Part shown: piece after piece, positions 1-9,636 of the stretch
Position numbering within the stretch: position 1 is the stretch's first letter
Layout: each line of letters opens with the position of its first letter
Assembly: GCA_036918135.1 (NCBI GenBank)
Contig: JBALDB010000007.1
Span: 352,001-416,000 of the forward strand
Source: Nostoc sp.
GTDB taxonomy: Bacteria > Cyanobacteriota > Cyanobacteriia > Cyanobacteriales > Nostocaceae
Length of the DNA stretch: 64,000 nucleotides
Reading direction: 5' to 3'
Translations under genes and position numbers: made by a program
Notes under the pieces: generated by a model
Databases searched by the model: none
The model's input: only the letters and a program-made list of their open reading frames with translations
What the model was told of the DNA's origin: nothing

Positions 1-62
1 AATCCCTGCCATATACGTCGTCTGGACTACTTTACTCAGACAGTGTGGAGATAAAATTAAGC

Positions 63-857
63 TTATAAAGCTTTATCCCACTCTAACTGATGAGCTAAAC
101 CATACTTGATAAAATCTTCTTCTTTAGCTTTATCGCTTTTACCAAAAACACCTAAGCTGTAAGGATTATCTTGCATACGTTGTGTGACTTGCTCTTTTTC
201 AAATTGGATAACTTCTTCTCTAGATTTATCCGGTTTAAAAAAGTCTATAACCAATACAGTTCTGTCATAATTCGTGTAATTATGTGGACAGTGTGGATAG
301 CTGTGATCTAAAACTAAAAATTTTCCTTCATGCCAATAAAGCTGCTCATGACATATTTTCATAGCCACATCTCCCTCTGGTACAATCAATCCTAAATAAC
401 CACGATTCATATGAGGGTTATAGTTCACATGTAGCTTGATATCCAAGCCTGGATGGAATGTACCGAAATACACATTTCTGATGATTTCATCATCACTAAA
501 GTTAACTTTTTCTATTACTTTAGCCAAATTTGAGAAATATTTTTTTCTTAATATAAGTGCTTTTTCTGAGGCATTATCTGCTCCGTAATCAGGATATTGT
601 ATTTGATGGATTTGAATATATTTTTCGATAAAAAGACCTTGAAATAAAATACCAAAAGCACTGTATTTGGAATTTCCCTTCGTTTTAATTGTCTTATTTT
701 TAGGGCCGAGAATATCGAAAGTAAATTTTAACTCCTCATTAGATGCATTTTTAACAAAATGTGTAAACTCATCCCTAATCACTTGCCAATTATCTTGAAA
801 ACTTTTGAGAAAAGGAAATTGCTCTGGGTTTAGATGATATTCGTTAAACGTTTCCAT
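63..857 (-). CDS. Aspartyl/asparaginyl beta-hydroxylase domain protein (2OG-Fe(II) oxygenase)
   Basis: ORF with WQVIRDE, FHPGLDIKLHV, WHEGKFLVLDHSYPHCPHN and RTVLVIDF, typical of Asp_Arg_Hydrox; ATG at 857 has an upstream AGGAG (ORF extends to 884). Confidence 0.8.
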   Translation of the reverse strand: METFNEYHLNPEQFPFLKSFQDNWQVIRDEFTHFVKNASNEELKFTFDILGPKNKTIKTKGNSKYSAFGILFQGLFIEKYIQIHQIQYPDYGADNASEKALILRKKYFSNLAKVIEKVNFSDDEIIRNVYFGTFHPGLDIKLHVNYNPHMNRGYLGLIVPEGDVAMKICHEQLYWHEGKFLVLDHSYPHCPHNYTNYDRTVLVIDFFKPDKSREEVIQFEKEQVTQRMQDNPYSLGVFGKSDKAKEEDFIKYGLAHQLEWDKAL

Positions 858-974
858 TGTCTTTTCTCCTGAAGATAATTTCATAAAAAACCGTTATATA
901 ATGATGGGATTTGGTCTTCGTCCTGATTCGATGTTGGAATTCCGGACTATACTCATTTTAGTGTGAGGTCTACT

Positions 975-2444
975 GTGTCTGAAACTCCCGTATTAGATCG
1001 AGTTATCAAAAATGTGCAGGTAGTTCGTCCCCATCAAGATGCGATTGAACTACTTGATTTGGGAATTAAGGATGGAAAATTTGCTCAAATTGCTCCAAAT
1101 ATTAGTCCAGACACAGGTAAAGAGGTATTTGATGGCAAAAACTTGTTGGGCTTTCCTGGGGTTGTGGATGCCCATATGCACATTGGTATCTATCAACCCC
1201 TTGACAAAGATGCTGTAACTGAAAGCAAAGCAGCGGCAATGGGAGGCGTGACTACTAGCTTAAATTACATTCGTACAGGGCAATATTATCTCAATAAAGG
1301 TGGTTCTTATCAAGATTTTTTTCCAGAGGTGTTAGCGTTATCCGCAGGCAATTTTTTTGTAGATTACAGCTATCACGTTGCACCTATAGCTAGCCAGCAT
1401 ATCGAGGAAATACCTCTTTTGTTTGAGGAATACGGGATATCTTCGTTTAAAATCTTCATGTTTTATGGTGGATATGGGTTGCATGGTTTGTCAGACCAGC
1501 AAAACCTGTTTTTAATGATTAATAAAGAGGAACGTTACGATTTCGCCCATTTTGAGTTTATTATGCGTGGTCTAACTCGCTTGATGGCAGAACATCCAGA
1601 AGCGCGAGATACTATCAGTTTGAGTTTGCACTGCGAAGTTGCAGAAATTCTCAATGCCTATACCAAAATAGTTGAAAACGATTCTAGTCTTAGCGGACTA
1701 CACGCCTATAGTGCAGCACGTCCCCCTCATTCCGAAGGGTTAGCAATTTGCATTGCTGCTTATTTGGCACACGAAACTAACTGTGTAAATATTAATTTGT
1801 TGCACTTGAGTTCGCGTAAGGCAATGGAAGCAGCTTTGACTATGCAAACTGCTTTTCCTCATATTAATTTTCGGCGAGAGGTTACTGTCGGACATTTATT
1901 ATTAGATGTCGATACTCCCAACACAATTTGGGCAAAAGTAAATCCTCCTATCCGTCCCCGTGCTGATGTGGAATATTTATGGCAAGCAGTATTGAACCAT
2001 CAAGTAGATTGGATAGTTAGCGACCATGCTTGCTGTTCTGCGGAACAAAAAAGAAGTTCAAAAGAACCGAATAATATTTGGTTAGCGAAGTCTGGTTTTG
2101 GCGGTACAGAATATTTACTTTCTGGGGTGTTTAGTGAAGGTAGTAAGCGAGGGATGTCTTACAATCACATGGCTAAGTTGCTATCTTGGAACCCATCGCG
2201 GCGGTTTGGTTTGTTAGAGAAAGGCGATATTGCCATTGGCTATGATGCAGATTTGGTGTTAGTAGACCCTAATGAAACTTTTGTAGTAAGTGCGACTGAG
2301 TCGGAGTCACAACAAGGTTATACACCTTTTGAAGGAGTAGAGTTAACTGGACGGGTGAAGAGTACTTTTTTACGGGGAAATCTTATTTACAACAACGGAC
2401 AGGTTTTGGGTTCGCCAACTGGACGTTATTTAAAAAGAGCATAG
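975..2444 (+). CDS. Dihydroorotase/allantoinase-family cyclic amidohydrolase
   Basis: PGVVDAHMH, AAAMGGVTT, KVNPPIR, SDHAC and GYDADLVLVD motifs; GTG at 975 preceded by GAGG. Confidence 0.85.
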   Translation: MSETPVLDRVIKNVQVVRPHQDAIELLDLGIKDGKFAQIAPNISPDTGKEVFDGKNLLGFPGVVDAHMHIGIYQPLDKDAVTESKAAAMGGVTTSLNYIRTGQYYLNKGGSYQDFFPEVLALSAGNFFVDYSYHVAPIASQHIEEIPLLFEEYGISSFKIFMFYGGYGLHGLSDQQNLFLMINKEERYDFAHFEFIMRGLTRLMAEHPEARDTISLSLHCEVAEILNAYTKIVENDSSLSGLHAYSAARPPHSEGLAICIAAYLAHETNCVNINLLHLSSRKAMEAALTMQTAFPHINFRREVTVGHLLLDVDTPNTIWAKVNPPIRPRADVEYLWQAVLNHQVDWIVSDHACCSAEQKRSSKEPNNIWLAKSGFGGTEYLLSGVFSEGSKRGMSYNHMAKLLSWNPSRRFGLLEKGDIAIGYDADLVLVDPNETFVVSATESESQQGYTPFEGVELTGRVKSTFLRGNLIYNNGQVLGSPTGRYLKRA

Positions 2445-2448
2445 AGTT

Positions 2449-3273
2449 TTAAACATTTGTATTATCCAGAAACTCTATAATTACCTTTGATATTTCTTCA
2501 GGTATTTGGTTCATCATGCAGATGGTTCCATCTGACAAATCTACAGCCTTAGCGTGAGGAATCGCTTGCGATAAAAAATATCGGTCTTTTGCCAGTGCTA
2601 AACCTAATTTCTGAAATTCTTCTACATCCTCAATTCCCCAAACTAAAAGTGTTGGACACTTAATTGAAGTAAACCTTTCTGCCGCATCCATGCAGTAATT
2701 CCCTACTGCCCAAACTGCGTATAAAGGATAGCCAAAGCATTTCAAATCATCTAAAACCCAACGATGATTCAAATCAGCAGAACCCACGTATCTGGAACGA
2801 GCTAACCATCTCTCCATTAGGTGAGAACCATCTTCTTTAATAACAAAACCTTGCTGAAATCGTCTCATTAAATCTGCTTTTCCAGCTTCACCAAAACCAG
2901 CGACATTAAACAAAATTAAATTATTCACCCGTTCCGGATAAGCTGCGGCCACTTCTCCAGAAACAAAAGCGCCCGTGTGGTTTCCCAAGATGTTTGTTTT
3001 TTTAATACCTAACTCGTCTAACAGGGCAATAACAGTTTTAGCGTAGTCCTCCACTGAATAAAGTTTTGGTGGTTTATCAGAATCACCAAAACCCATGAAA
3101 TCCATCGCTATCACGCGGTACTTTTTTATCAAAATAGACATTAATTCACGATATTCATCACTACTGCGGGGGTTCATATGCAGTAGTAACAAAGGCTCTC
3201 CTTCACCGCCGATACGATAAAGAATCTGTCCATCTTCAGTGTCTAAAAAAGCTCGCTTGATTGGTTTATTCAT
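2449..3273 (-). CDS. Alpha/beta fold hydrolase
   Basis: PLLLLH, DFMGFGDSD; the nucleophile elbow reads GNHTGA rather than GxSxG. Confidence 0.8.
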   Translation of the reverse strand: MNKPIKRAFLDTEDGQILYRIGGEGEPLLLLHMNPRSSDEYRELMSILIKKYRVIAMDFMGFGDSDKPPKLYSVEDYAKTVIALLDELGIKKTNILGNHTGAFVSGEVAAAYPERVNNLILFNVAGFGEAGKADLMRRFQQGFVIKEDGSHLMERWLARSRYVGSADLNHRWVLDDLKCFGYPLYAVWAVGNYCMDAAERFTSIKCPTLLVWGIEDVEEFQKLGLALAKDRYFLSQAIPHAKAVDLSDGTICMMNQIPEEISKVIIEFLDNTNV

Positions 3274-3328
3274 AGTAGCCTGATAAATTTAGGATTTGTG
3301 TCAGTTTCCATTCAACTTCTTGAGCAAA

Positions 3329-3634
3329 TTACTTTTTCTGTGCTATATTTTGCAGCCATTCAATCAGAGGTCTTAATGTTCCTGGCAATGCTGCCTCGCT
3401 GACAGTCACCGTATGCTGCTTACCATTACCATTATCTTCCACTGTTAATTTATATTGAAAGCGATCGCTCTGGGGATTAGGCGAGGTAATTTGTTCGGGT
3501 AGCCTAAATAAATCAGCAGCTTCCACTAGTCTGTTAAGGGTGTTAGCTTCATTTGCTGGAAGTTGGGCTGTATCAACGGTTGTTTTCTTACTAATTCCAG
3601 CAAAGCCGCCTGTGCGTTCAAACGATATCCGCAT
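3329..3634 (-). CDS. Emfourin (protealysin inhibitor)
   Basis: MRISFERTGGFAG...DRFQYKLTV signature, directly downstream of an M4 protease. Confidence 0.85.
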   Translation of the reverse strand: MRISFERTGGFAGISKKTTVDTAQLPANEANTLNRLVEAADLFRLPEQITSPNPQSDRFQYKLTVEDNGNGKQHTVTVSEAALPGTLRPLIEWLQNIAQKK

Positions 3635-3778
3635 TTTTTTGCTGTTTGTTGTGTTATTTAGCTGGGAGAAATGCAAAGAATGAGAGATGAGAATTCTCAC
3701 CTCCCAGTTTAGCAACAACAAATAGCACAGCTAAAAGTAAACTTAGGAGTTAAAGTTTTTTCTCAACTCCTCACTCTT

Positions 3779-3806
3779 GTACAGACGCGATTAATCGCGT
3801 CTCTAC
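3779..3806. repeat. REP-like palindrome GTA(C/G)AGACGCGATTAATCGCGTCTCTAC
   Basis: Near-perfect hairpin; related GTAG-ended hairpins at 9570-9600, 44981-45008 and 48871-48897. Confidence 0.7.
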
Positions 3807-4885
3807 TAAATAACCCCTACCTTTTGCCAAGCGTTCTGCACGACTTTCTGCTCATTACTGTCATTACCGTAGAGTTCGCCAGCAATTTGAATCGTGACAT
3901 TGGCAGCTTTTTTAAAGTCTGCTTTGGCACGCAGGCGATCGCGTAAAGCTATGTACCATATTTTACCAACTTTTTCCCAGGCATAGCCGCCAATCTCACT
4001 AGCCGCTAAATAAAAGGCATAGTTAGGGATGCCTGAGTTGATATGTACCCCACCGTTATCATCAGTACCAGTATATTTATCTTTCATGTGGGCAGGTTGG
4101 GGGTCTTTACCCAGTACTGAATCATCGTATGCTGTTCCCGGTGCTTTCATCGAGCGGAGGGCAATACCTTTGACAGTTGGGGCCAAAAGACCTTCTCCAA
4201 TCAGCCAGTCTGCCTCTTGTGCAGTTTGATTTTTGACTTTTTGTTTGACCAACGAGCCAAAAACATCAGAAAAGGATTCATTTAATGCCCCTGATTCGCC
4301 ATAATACAGTAACCCCGCTTCATACTGAGTGACACCATGAGTTAGCTCGTGTCCAATTACATCAATTGATGCAGTAAAGCGTTGAAACAGTTCTCCGTCG
4401 CCATCACCATAAACCATTTGGTCGCCGTTCCAAAAGGCGTTATCGTATTTGACGCCATAATGCACGGTAGAGTCTAAACGCAGACCTTTGTCATCAACGG
4501 AATTGCGATCGAATATCTCATGAAACAAGTCATAAGTAGCACCAGCAGCATCATAAGCTTCATTTACTGCTATATCACTGCTGGGAGGATCTCCTTCAGC
4601 ACGTACTAGCGTGCCAGGAAGTTGCTGCCCACTTTTAGCATCGTAAATGGTGCGGCGCTTCTCACCCGGAGAAGGTGCAAACGAAATATTACCTACGATG
4701 TTTCTCCGTCCTAGAAATTGTGCCGAAATATTTAATGTGTGAAAAGCCCAACTCCGCTGCTGGGGATTTCCATTCACAACGACATTTTCCAGTATGTGTG
4801 GCGGAACAATACAACAAATTGGGCATCTAGAGTAAAGTGGATGCTCATGCTTAAACCGGGCTGATTTCTTTTTATTTCGAGCCAT
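3806..4885 (-). CDS. M4 family metallopeptidase (protealysin-like)
   Basis: Propeptide CIVPPHIL, NAFWNG, HELTH, GALNESFSD, GGVHINSG; start MARNKK at 4885. Confidence 0.92.
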   Translation of the reverse strand: MARNKKKSARFKHEHPLYSRCPICCIVPPHILENVVVNGNPQQRSWAFHTLNISAQFLGRRNIVGNISFAPSPGEKRRTIYDAKSGQQLPGTLVRAEGDPPSSDIAVNEAYDAAGATYDLFHEIFDRNSVDDKGLRLDSTVHYGVKYDNAFWNGDQMVYGDGDGELFQRFTASIDVIGHELTHGVTQYEAGLLYYGESGALNESFSDVFGSLVKQKVKNQTAQEADWLIGEGLLAPTVKGIALRSMKAPGTAYDDSVLGKDPQPAHMKDKYTGTDDNGGVHINSGIPNYAFYLAASEIGGYAWEKVGKIWYIALRDRLRAKADFKKAANVTIQIAGELYGNDSNEQKVVQNAWQKVGVI

Positions 4886-5387
4886 CCAAGATATTCTCCT
4901 TTTGAAACTAAGTGATGGCAAGTGGCTTTAACCCCACTTTTGAAAAAAGCAGAAAAATGAATCCAAATCCTGTGCCCCTGGTGTCTTTTTGTTAGTAAAT
5001 TTTCTACTTTATATTTTCAGATAAGTCTGTTGAGTATACATAGTACCCTTATGGGGTACTTTTGCTAAAGAAACAAGTTCCTTGTCTAATCTCCTAAGTC
5101 AAGTTAAAAAGTTTCACTTAGCACTCAGAACTCTAAATTCCGCACTCTTTCTAGACCTAATGCGTTTATATAATAGTTCTTCTCAAGGAAAATAATATTA
5201 TTTATTGCCATTTTGTTACTATCTGACTTTTATTTGATTATTGCAAAGCTATGTAGAACTTGAAGAGTCTTGTTAACTGTTGCTTATTGCTTACCTATCC
5301 TAATTCACTCCGCGAAGCCCACTACGCAAATAAGTTCAAAAATTAAAGCTGATTGCTATATTATTACTTAAGATTTTGTAAATAATA

Positions 5388-5421
5388 AAATTCCCGACTT
5401 CTTTAAAAAGTCAGGAATTTT
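5388..5421. repeat. Palindromic dispersed repeat / possible terminator (AATTCCCGACTT...AAGTCAGGAATT)
   Basis: Hairpin downstream of the methyltransferase; a related hairpin lies at 41384-41416. Confidence 0.55.
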
Positions 5422-5466
5422 AACTTTTTATTAATTCTAAATCTGGGCATCCAAAATCTAAAGTTT

Positions 5467-6183
5467 TTACAGCCAGCCACCAAACACGGTTAAACCGTAA
5501 TATTTCCAAGGTACTGCCACTGTCTTAAACCCAGCTGTAGTTAACATCTGTAAATGGGCATCTAAAGTAGCTACCTGGTTTTGACTGGAGTAACCTTGAG
5601 TACTACTGGTGCCGCGTTTAGCCCGAATCTCTGTCAAATTAATTCCTTCTTGAACTGCCCATTCCTCACGCGCCGCCTGGTAAACTTCTGCTAAGGCTGC
5701 TGATTCTGGTAAAGTAGGGTCTGCATTCCAAAAACAGCCGTCTTGAGTCAGACTAGCAGCAATTAGCTCAAATAACTTTAATTTCATCTCATCTTGGAGA
5801 TGATGAATTGCTAAGGATGAAACACAGCCATCAAATTCCCTACCAATATTAAACTTCTCAGGATTATTTGCCCAGTCACCGAAGTCTGCTTCTATACCAG
5901 TCCACCGTTGTTGATATCCTGCAGCTGCGATTTTCTCTTGGGCAAATCGTAGCATTCGAGGCGAGTAATCTAAGGCAATTACTTCAGTATCTGGACGACT
6001 ATTGAGTATTTTGAGACTGAGTTCGCCTGTACCACAACCTAATTCTAAAATACGCCGACTTGTCGAAGGCAGACAACGGTTAATTACCTCTAACATCTCA
6101 TCGTATCGCGGTAACAGTTGGCGAATACCTGTGTCAAAATCAGCAGTGTTAGCGAATACTTCTCCAGGAAATACATTTTGCAT
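5467..6183 (-). CDS. Class I SAM-dependent methyltransferase
   Basis: ILELGCGTG motif I, LDYSPRML, SSLAIHHL. Confidence 0.88.
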   Translation of the reverse strand: MQNVFPGEVFANTADFDTGIRQLLPRYDEMLEVINRCLPSTSRRILELGCGTGELSLKILNSRPDTEVIALDYSPRMLRFAQEKIAAAGYQQRWTGIEADFGDWANNPEKFNIGREFDGCVSSLAIHHLQDEMKLKLFELIAASLTQDGCFWNADPTLPESAALAEVYQAAREEWAVQEGINLTEIRAKRGTSSTQGYSSQNQVATLDAHLQMLTTAGFKTVAVPWKYYGLTVFGGWL

Positions 6184-6214
6184 GAACCTATCCTACTAAA
6201 AAATAGCAAATCGA

Positions 6215-7926
6215 TTACAACACCTCAATCTGTTGAATAATCTGCATTGTTTCCACACTGACTGTGCAGACTCTTTGTAGTAAATCTATTACCTCTTCCT
6301 TGTAATCTGCAAAGCGATATGTATTGAATTTTTCAGCTATTGTAGGGTCTTTAGGTTTCTTCTCTTTATATTGATTTAAAATCCATTCTAAAGCACAACG
6401 GTTGCCAAGGCGATATTCCCAAGCAATTTTGGGGACACCTTCTAGAGTGGTAACATCATCTAAAATAATGGTTCCATTGGCTGCATCAGCTTTAAGTTTC
6501 GCCTTTGGTATCCTATTTGTAGCGAGAGGTAAATCAATTCGTTTTAAAGGATAGGGTTCGACAGTTTCATAATTAATATGCAAATCCATCAACTGTTTAC
6601 CCCAGTTAACCCATTGGTGAAAGTCATCATAGAAGGGTAGCCGGGGAAATTCTCGTTTTAGGTTGAGTTCGTATTTGGTGCGATATATGGGATTGTGCAA
6701 AACAGCGTAGGTGTAGTGAAAGATATCTAATTTGGTAATTGTCGAGTCCTTATAATGGGTTTGGAATTCTGCTAATCCCCAGTTAGTGATGTTGTCGGTG
6801 TGTTTTCCATCTTTGTCATAGCGGTAGAGTGGAAGACATTGAGAACCACCATTAGTTAAGACATCAGGTATATATTTAATACCAATACAAAAATCAGCCG
6901 CATCAACACCTGATTTTATCCAAATTGCCTTATTTTCAGAATTAAAAGTTGGAAAAATTTGAGGCAATTGATAAGTTCTTCCATTAAAATGCTTATCAAA
7001 ATAAAGATATTTTTTTATAAATGGTCTATATGTACTTGTAACTATCGAATATTCATTAAACTTTTGCTGATACCCAGCTCTAAATATCTGTTTAATTCCG
7101 CATTCCCCTTAATATCAAACCCCAATTCCTCAGAAGTTCTCCGTTTGCGCTCATATACATCTACAAAGAACTTCATCCGGTTTTCTAATTGCGACTTGGA
7201 AAAATCATACACCCATTCGTCACGTTGAGTTTTAACACCTGAAGAAAATAATTGAAATATTGCTTGCTTTCCTTGACCAGCTTTGACATCTTTACTGATA
7301 AGAGGAATAAGGCAATCAAAGTCATTATCCGATAAATTAATCCAGTTACTTTTTTCATCTGGATTAATGTGTAAAAATGAAATTTTCTCAAATGGTGTGC
7401 TAGCTAAGAAATTCAGCTTCGCTTCGGCTGAATCTTCTGCTACTTTTGTATAAAAAATTAGACAAGGAACTTTAGTTTTCCCTCGCTTCTTTACCATAAA
7501 GCTGATAGCTGTACCAACCTTTACTCCAAAAACACTGCCAGATTTATCTCCTGTGCGGATATTTCCACCTAAATCGATAATATAAATTTCGCTAAATTCA
7601 TCTGAAACAACTTTTCTAAATCCGTCAAATGTCTTACTATCGATAAACGAAGAATTAGTAATTAATGCCACTATACCATTTTGACTGAGGCGGTCTGATG
7701 CCCATCGCAGAAATCGCACATACATATCGTAAAGCACAATTTGATTTTGTGCTGTACCAAACTTGATGTATGTTTCCTTAATGCGCTTATCTATTTCTGG
7801 ATAGGCAAGATTTGCATTACGATCGTTAAAATTCTCTTGCTTGGCATTATATGGGGGATTGGCCATAATGACAGAAATATCAGTTTCATTTTGTTGCTTG
7901 ATTCTTTCTGTATTTTCTACACTCAA
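6215..7926 (-). pseudogene. Type ISP/IIG-like restriction-modification enzyme remnant (N6-MTase catalytic part plus C-terminal specificity domain), 5'-truncated and frameshifted
   Basis: NPPY, YDMYVRFLRWASDR, GVKTQRDEWVY, IFHYTYAVLH, ALEWILNQY. Adding one base near 7060 joins the two ORFs through YRPFIKKYLYFD. No N-terminal part is present upstream of 7926. Confidence 0.8.
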
Positions 7927-8195
7927 TTGTATTTTTTGTATCTCTTAATAAACTTAGATAAATAAGATAATCAGAAACTAGAGGATGTTGAGTTATCTGA
8001 CTTTGTAACCACAATTTAGTTGGTTAAGCGATCGCTTTTACCTTGATGATGAAAGAAGCGAATCAGCATTGAAATTGTAATCAACTGACTTTTCACTAAC
8101 CTCCATCTTGTGTCAGTTGCGAACTTGACATCAAATGAACTAAGCTAGCTATAGCGCAAGGGGCTTCGCGCTGACAGTCTTTGGTTGGGCAAAAG

Positions 8196-9392
8196 ATGGA
8201 TTTTAGTCAGACTTTAATTGCAAAAAGTGATGCCATTGTCGATCGATGGGTAGAAGCAGTTTACGAAGATGAACAAATTGAGGCTACTCAAGAACTTACT
8301 TTCAACGCTGTACGGAATAGCTTACCCCGCATTTTGAAAGCATTAGGAACAGTACTTTCTGAATCTACAACCAGCGATTTACAGACAGTAGTAGATGCAA
8401 GTTTAGAACACGGTACACTTCGTGCAGAACAAGGATTTGAACCAGAGGAAATTGCGCGAGAGTATCGTTTACTCCGGTTTGTAATTTTTTCGTTTTTAGA
8501 AGAAGATTTATTGCAAGGATCTGCACAAGAAGTGCTAAGGGCTGTTCGCCTGATTGATACAGTAATTGATGAAGCGATCGCTCGATGCTTCAATAGTTAT
8601 ACTCAAGGACGATTACAAGAACTTAAACAACTCCAAAGTCAGTTGCGGTTGACTAACCAAGAGCTAACTCGTTTAGTTCGCGCTACTAAAGAAAACCTCT
8701 CTCATTTGGCTCACGAGTTGAAGACGCCTTTGACTTCAATCATCGGTTACGCAGACTTATTCCTGCGCCAGCAGCGTCAACAACCAGAACTCAAAGACAC
8801 CTATGCAAATCTTGAAAGTATCGAGCGAGTTCTCAAGAGTGGTAGACTTCTTGTCCGGTTGATTAACGATACTCTGGAAATTTCACGTTATGATGCCGGA
8901 CAGATGAAATTGCAGCCTGCTCAAACCGATGTGCGTAGTTTAATCAACTCTATTTTAGAGATGATTGAGCCACTAGCGGCTGCTAAAGAATTATCCTTGG
9001 TTGTTGAATGCGATCGCGCCCCAAGTCAAGTTAACACAGATCCTCTTCGGCTTCAGCAAATTCTGACAAATCTGCTGAGTAATGCAATTCGCTACACAGA
9101 ATCTGGTTCAATTCATTTGGAGTGCTGGACACTATCTCCACAGCAGTGGGCTATCTCCGTTACTGATAGTGGTATTGGTATTTCTTTGGATGCTCAAGCA
9201 AAAATCTTCAATCCCTATTTTCGTGAAGTAACCGAGCCAAAAGTGCAAAATTCTGATGGTACGGGGTTAGGTTTAGCAATAGTGTCCCGCTTGGTTCAAT
9301 TAATGCATGGTGAAATTAAAGTAGATTCACAGTTGGGCAAAGGGTCTACATTTACAGTCATTTTGCCATTAGAAGCGATTGCTCAGGTATAA
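8196..9392 (+). CDS. Sensor histidine kinase with RsbRD-like N-terminal domain
   Basis: HGTLRAEQGF in the N-domain; HELKTPL, NLLSNAIRY, DSGIGI, GTGLGL. Confidence 0.9.
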   Translation: MDFSQTLIAKSDAIVDRWVEAVYEDEQIEATQELTFNAVRNSLPRILKALGTVLSESTTSDLQTVVDASLEHGTLRAEQGFEPEEIAREYRLLRFVIFSFLEEDLLQGSAQEVLRAVRLIDTVIDEAIARCFNSYTQGRLQELKQLQSQLRLTNQELTRLVRATKENLSHLAHELKTPLTSIIGYADLFLRQQRQQPELKDTYANLESIERVLKSGRLLVRLINDTLEISRYDAGQMKLQPAQTDVRSLINSILEMIEPLAAAKELSLVVECDRAPSQVNTDPLRLQQILTNLLSNAIRYTESGSIHLECWTLSPQQWAISVTDSGIGISLDAQAKIFNPYFREVTEPKVQNSDGTGLGLAIVSRLVQLMHGEIKVDSQLGKGSTFTVILPLEAIAQV

Positions 9393-9411
9393 TTGTCGCT
9401 TTGGGGGAATT

Positions 9412-9541
9412 TATAGCAGGAGGCACGATAGCGCAGCGTTAGCGAGTCTGCGAGCGTCGGCAGAAGGCAGGAGGTAAAACTATTGCTGTTCCTAACATTC
9501 ACGCTTGTGATTATGTCCTAAAGGGTGTGACTACGGCTATA
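9412..9541 (+). mobile_element. MITE-like dispersed element (family 1)
   Basis: TATAGC...GCTATA ends and core TTCACGCTTG-N4-TATGTCCTAA, shared with 26420-26527(-) and 41274-41362(+). Confidence 0.65.
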
Positions 9542-9636
9542 AAACTTAAGAGTAAAATCGCAATTTAAAGTAGTGCGTTAAAGTAATGTAACGCACCCTA
9601 TCAATTATAGGAACATACTATAATTTTCTACTCTTA

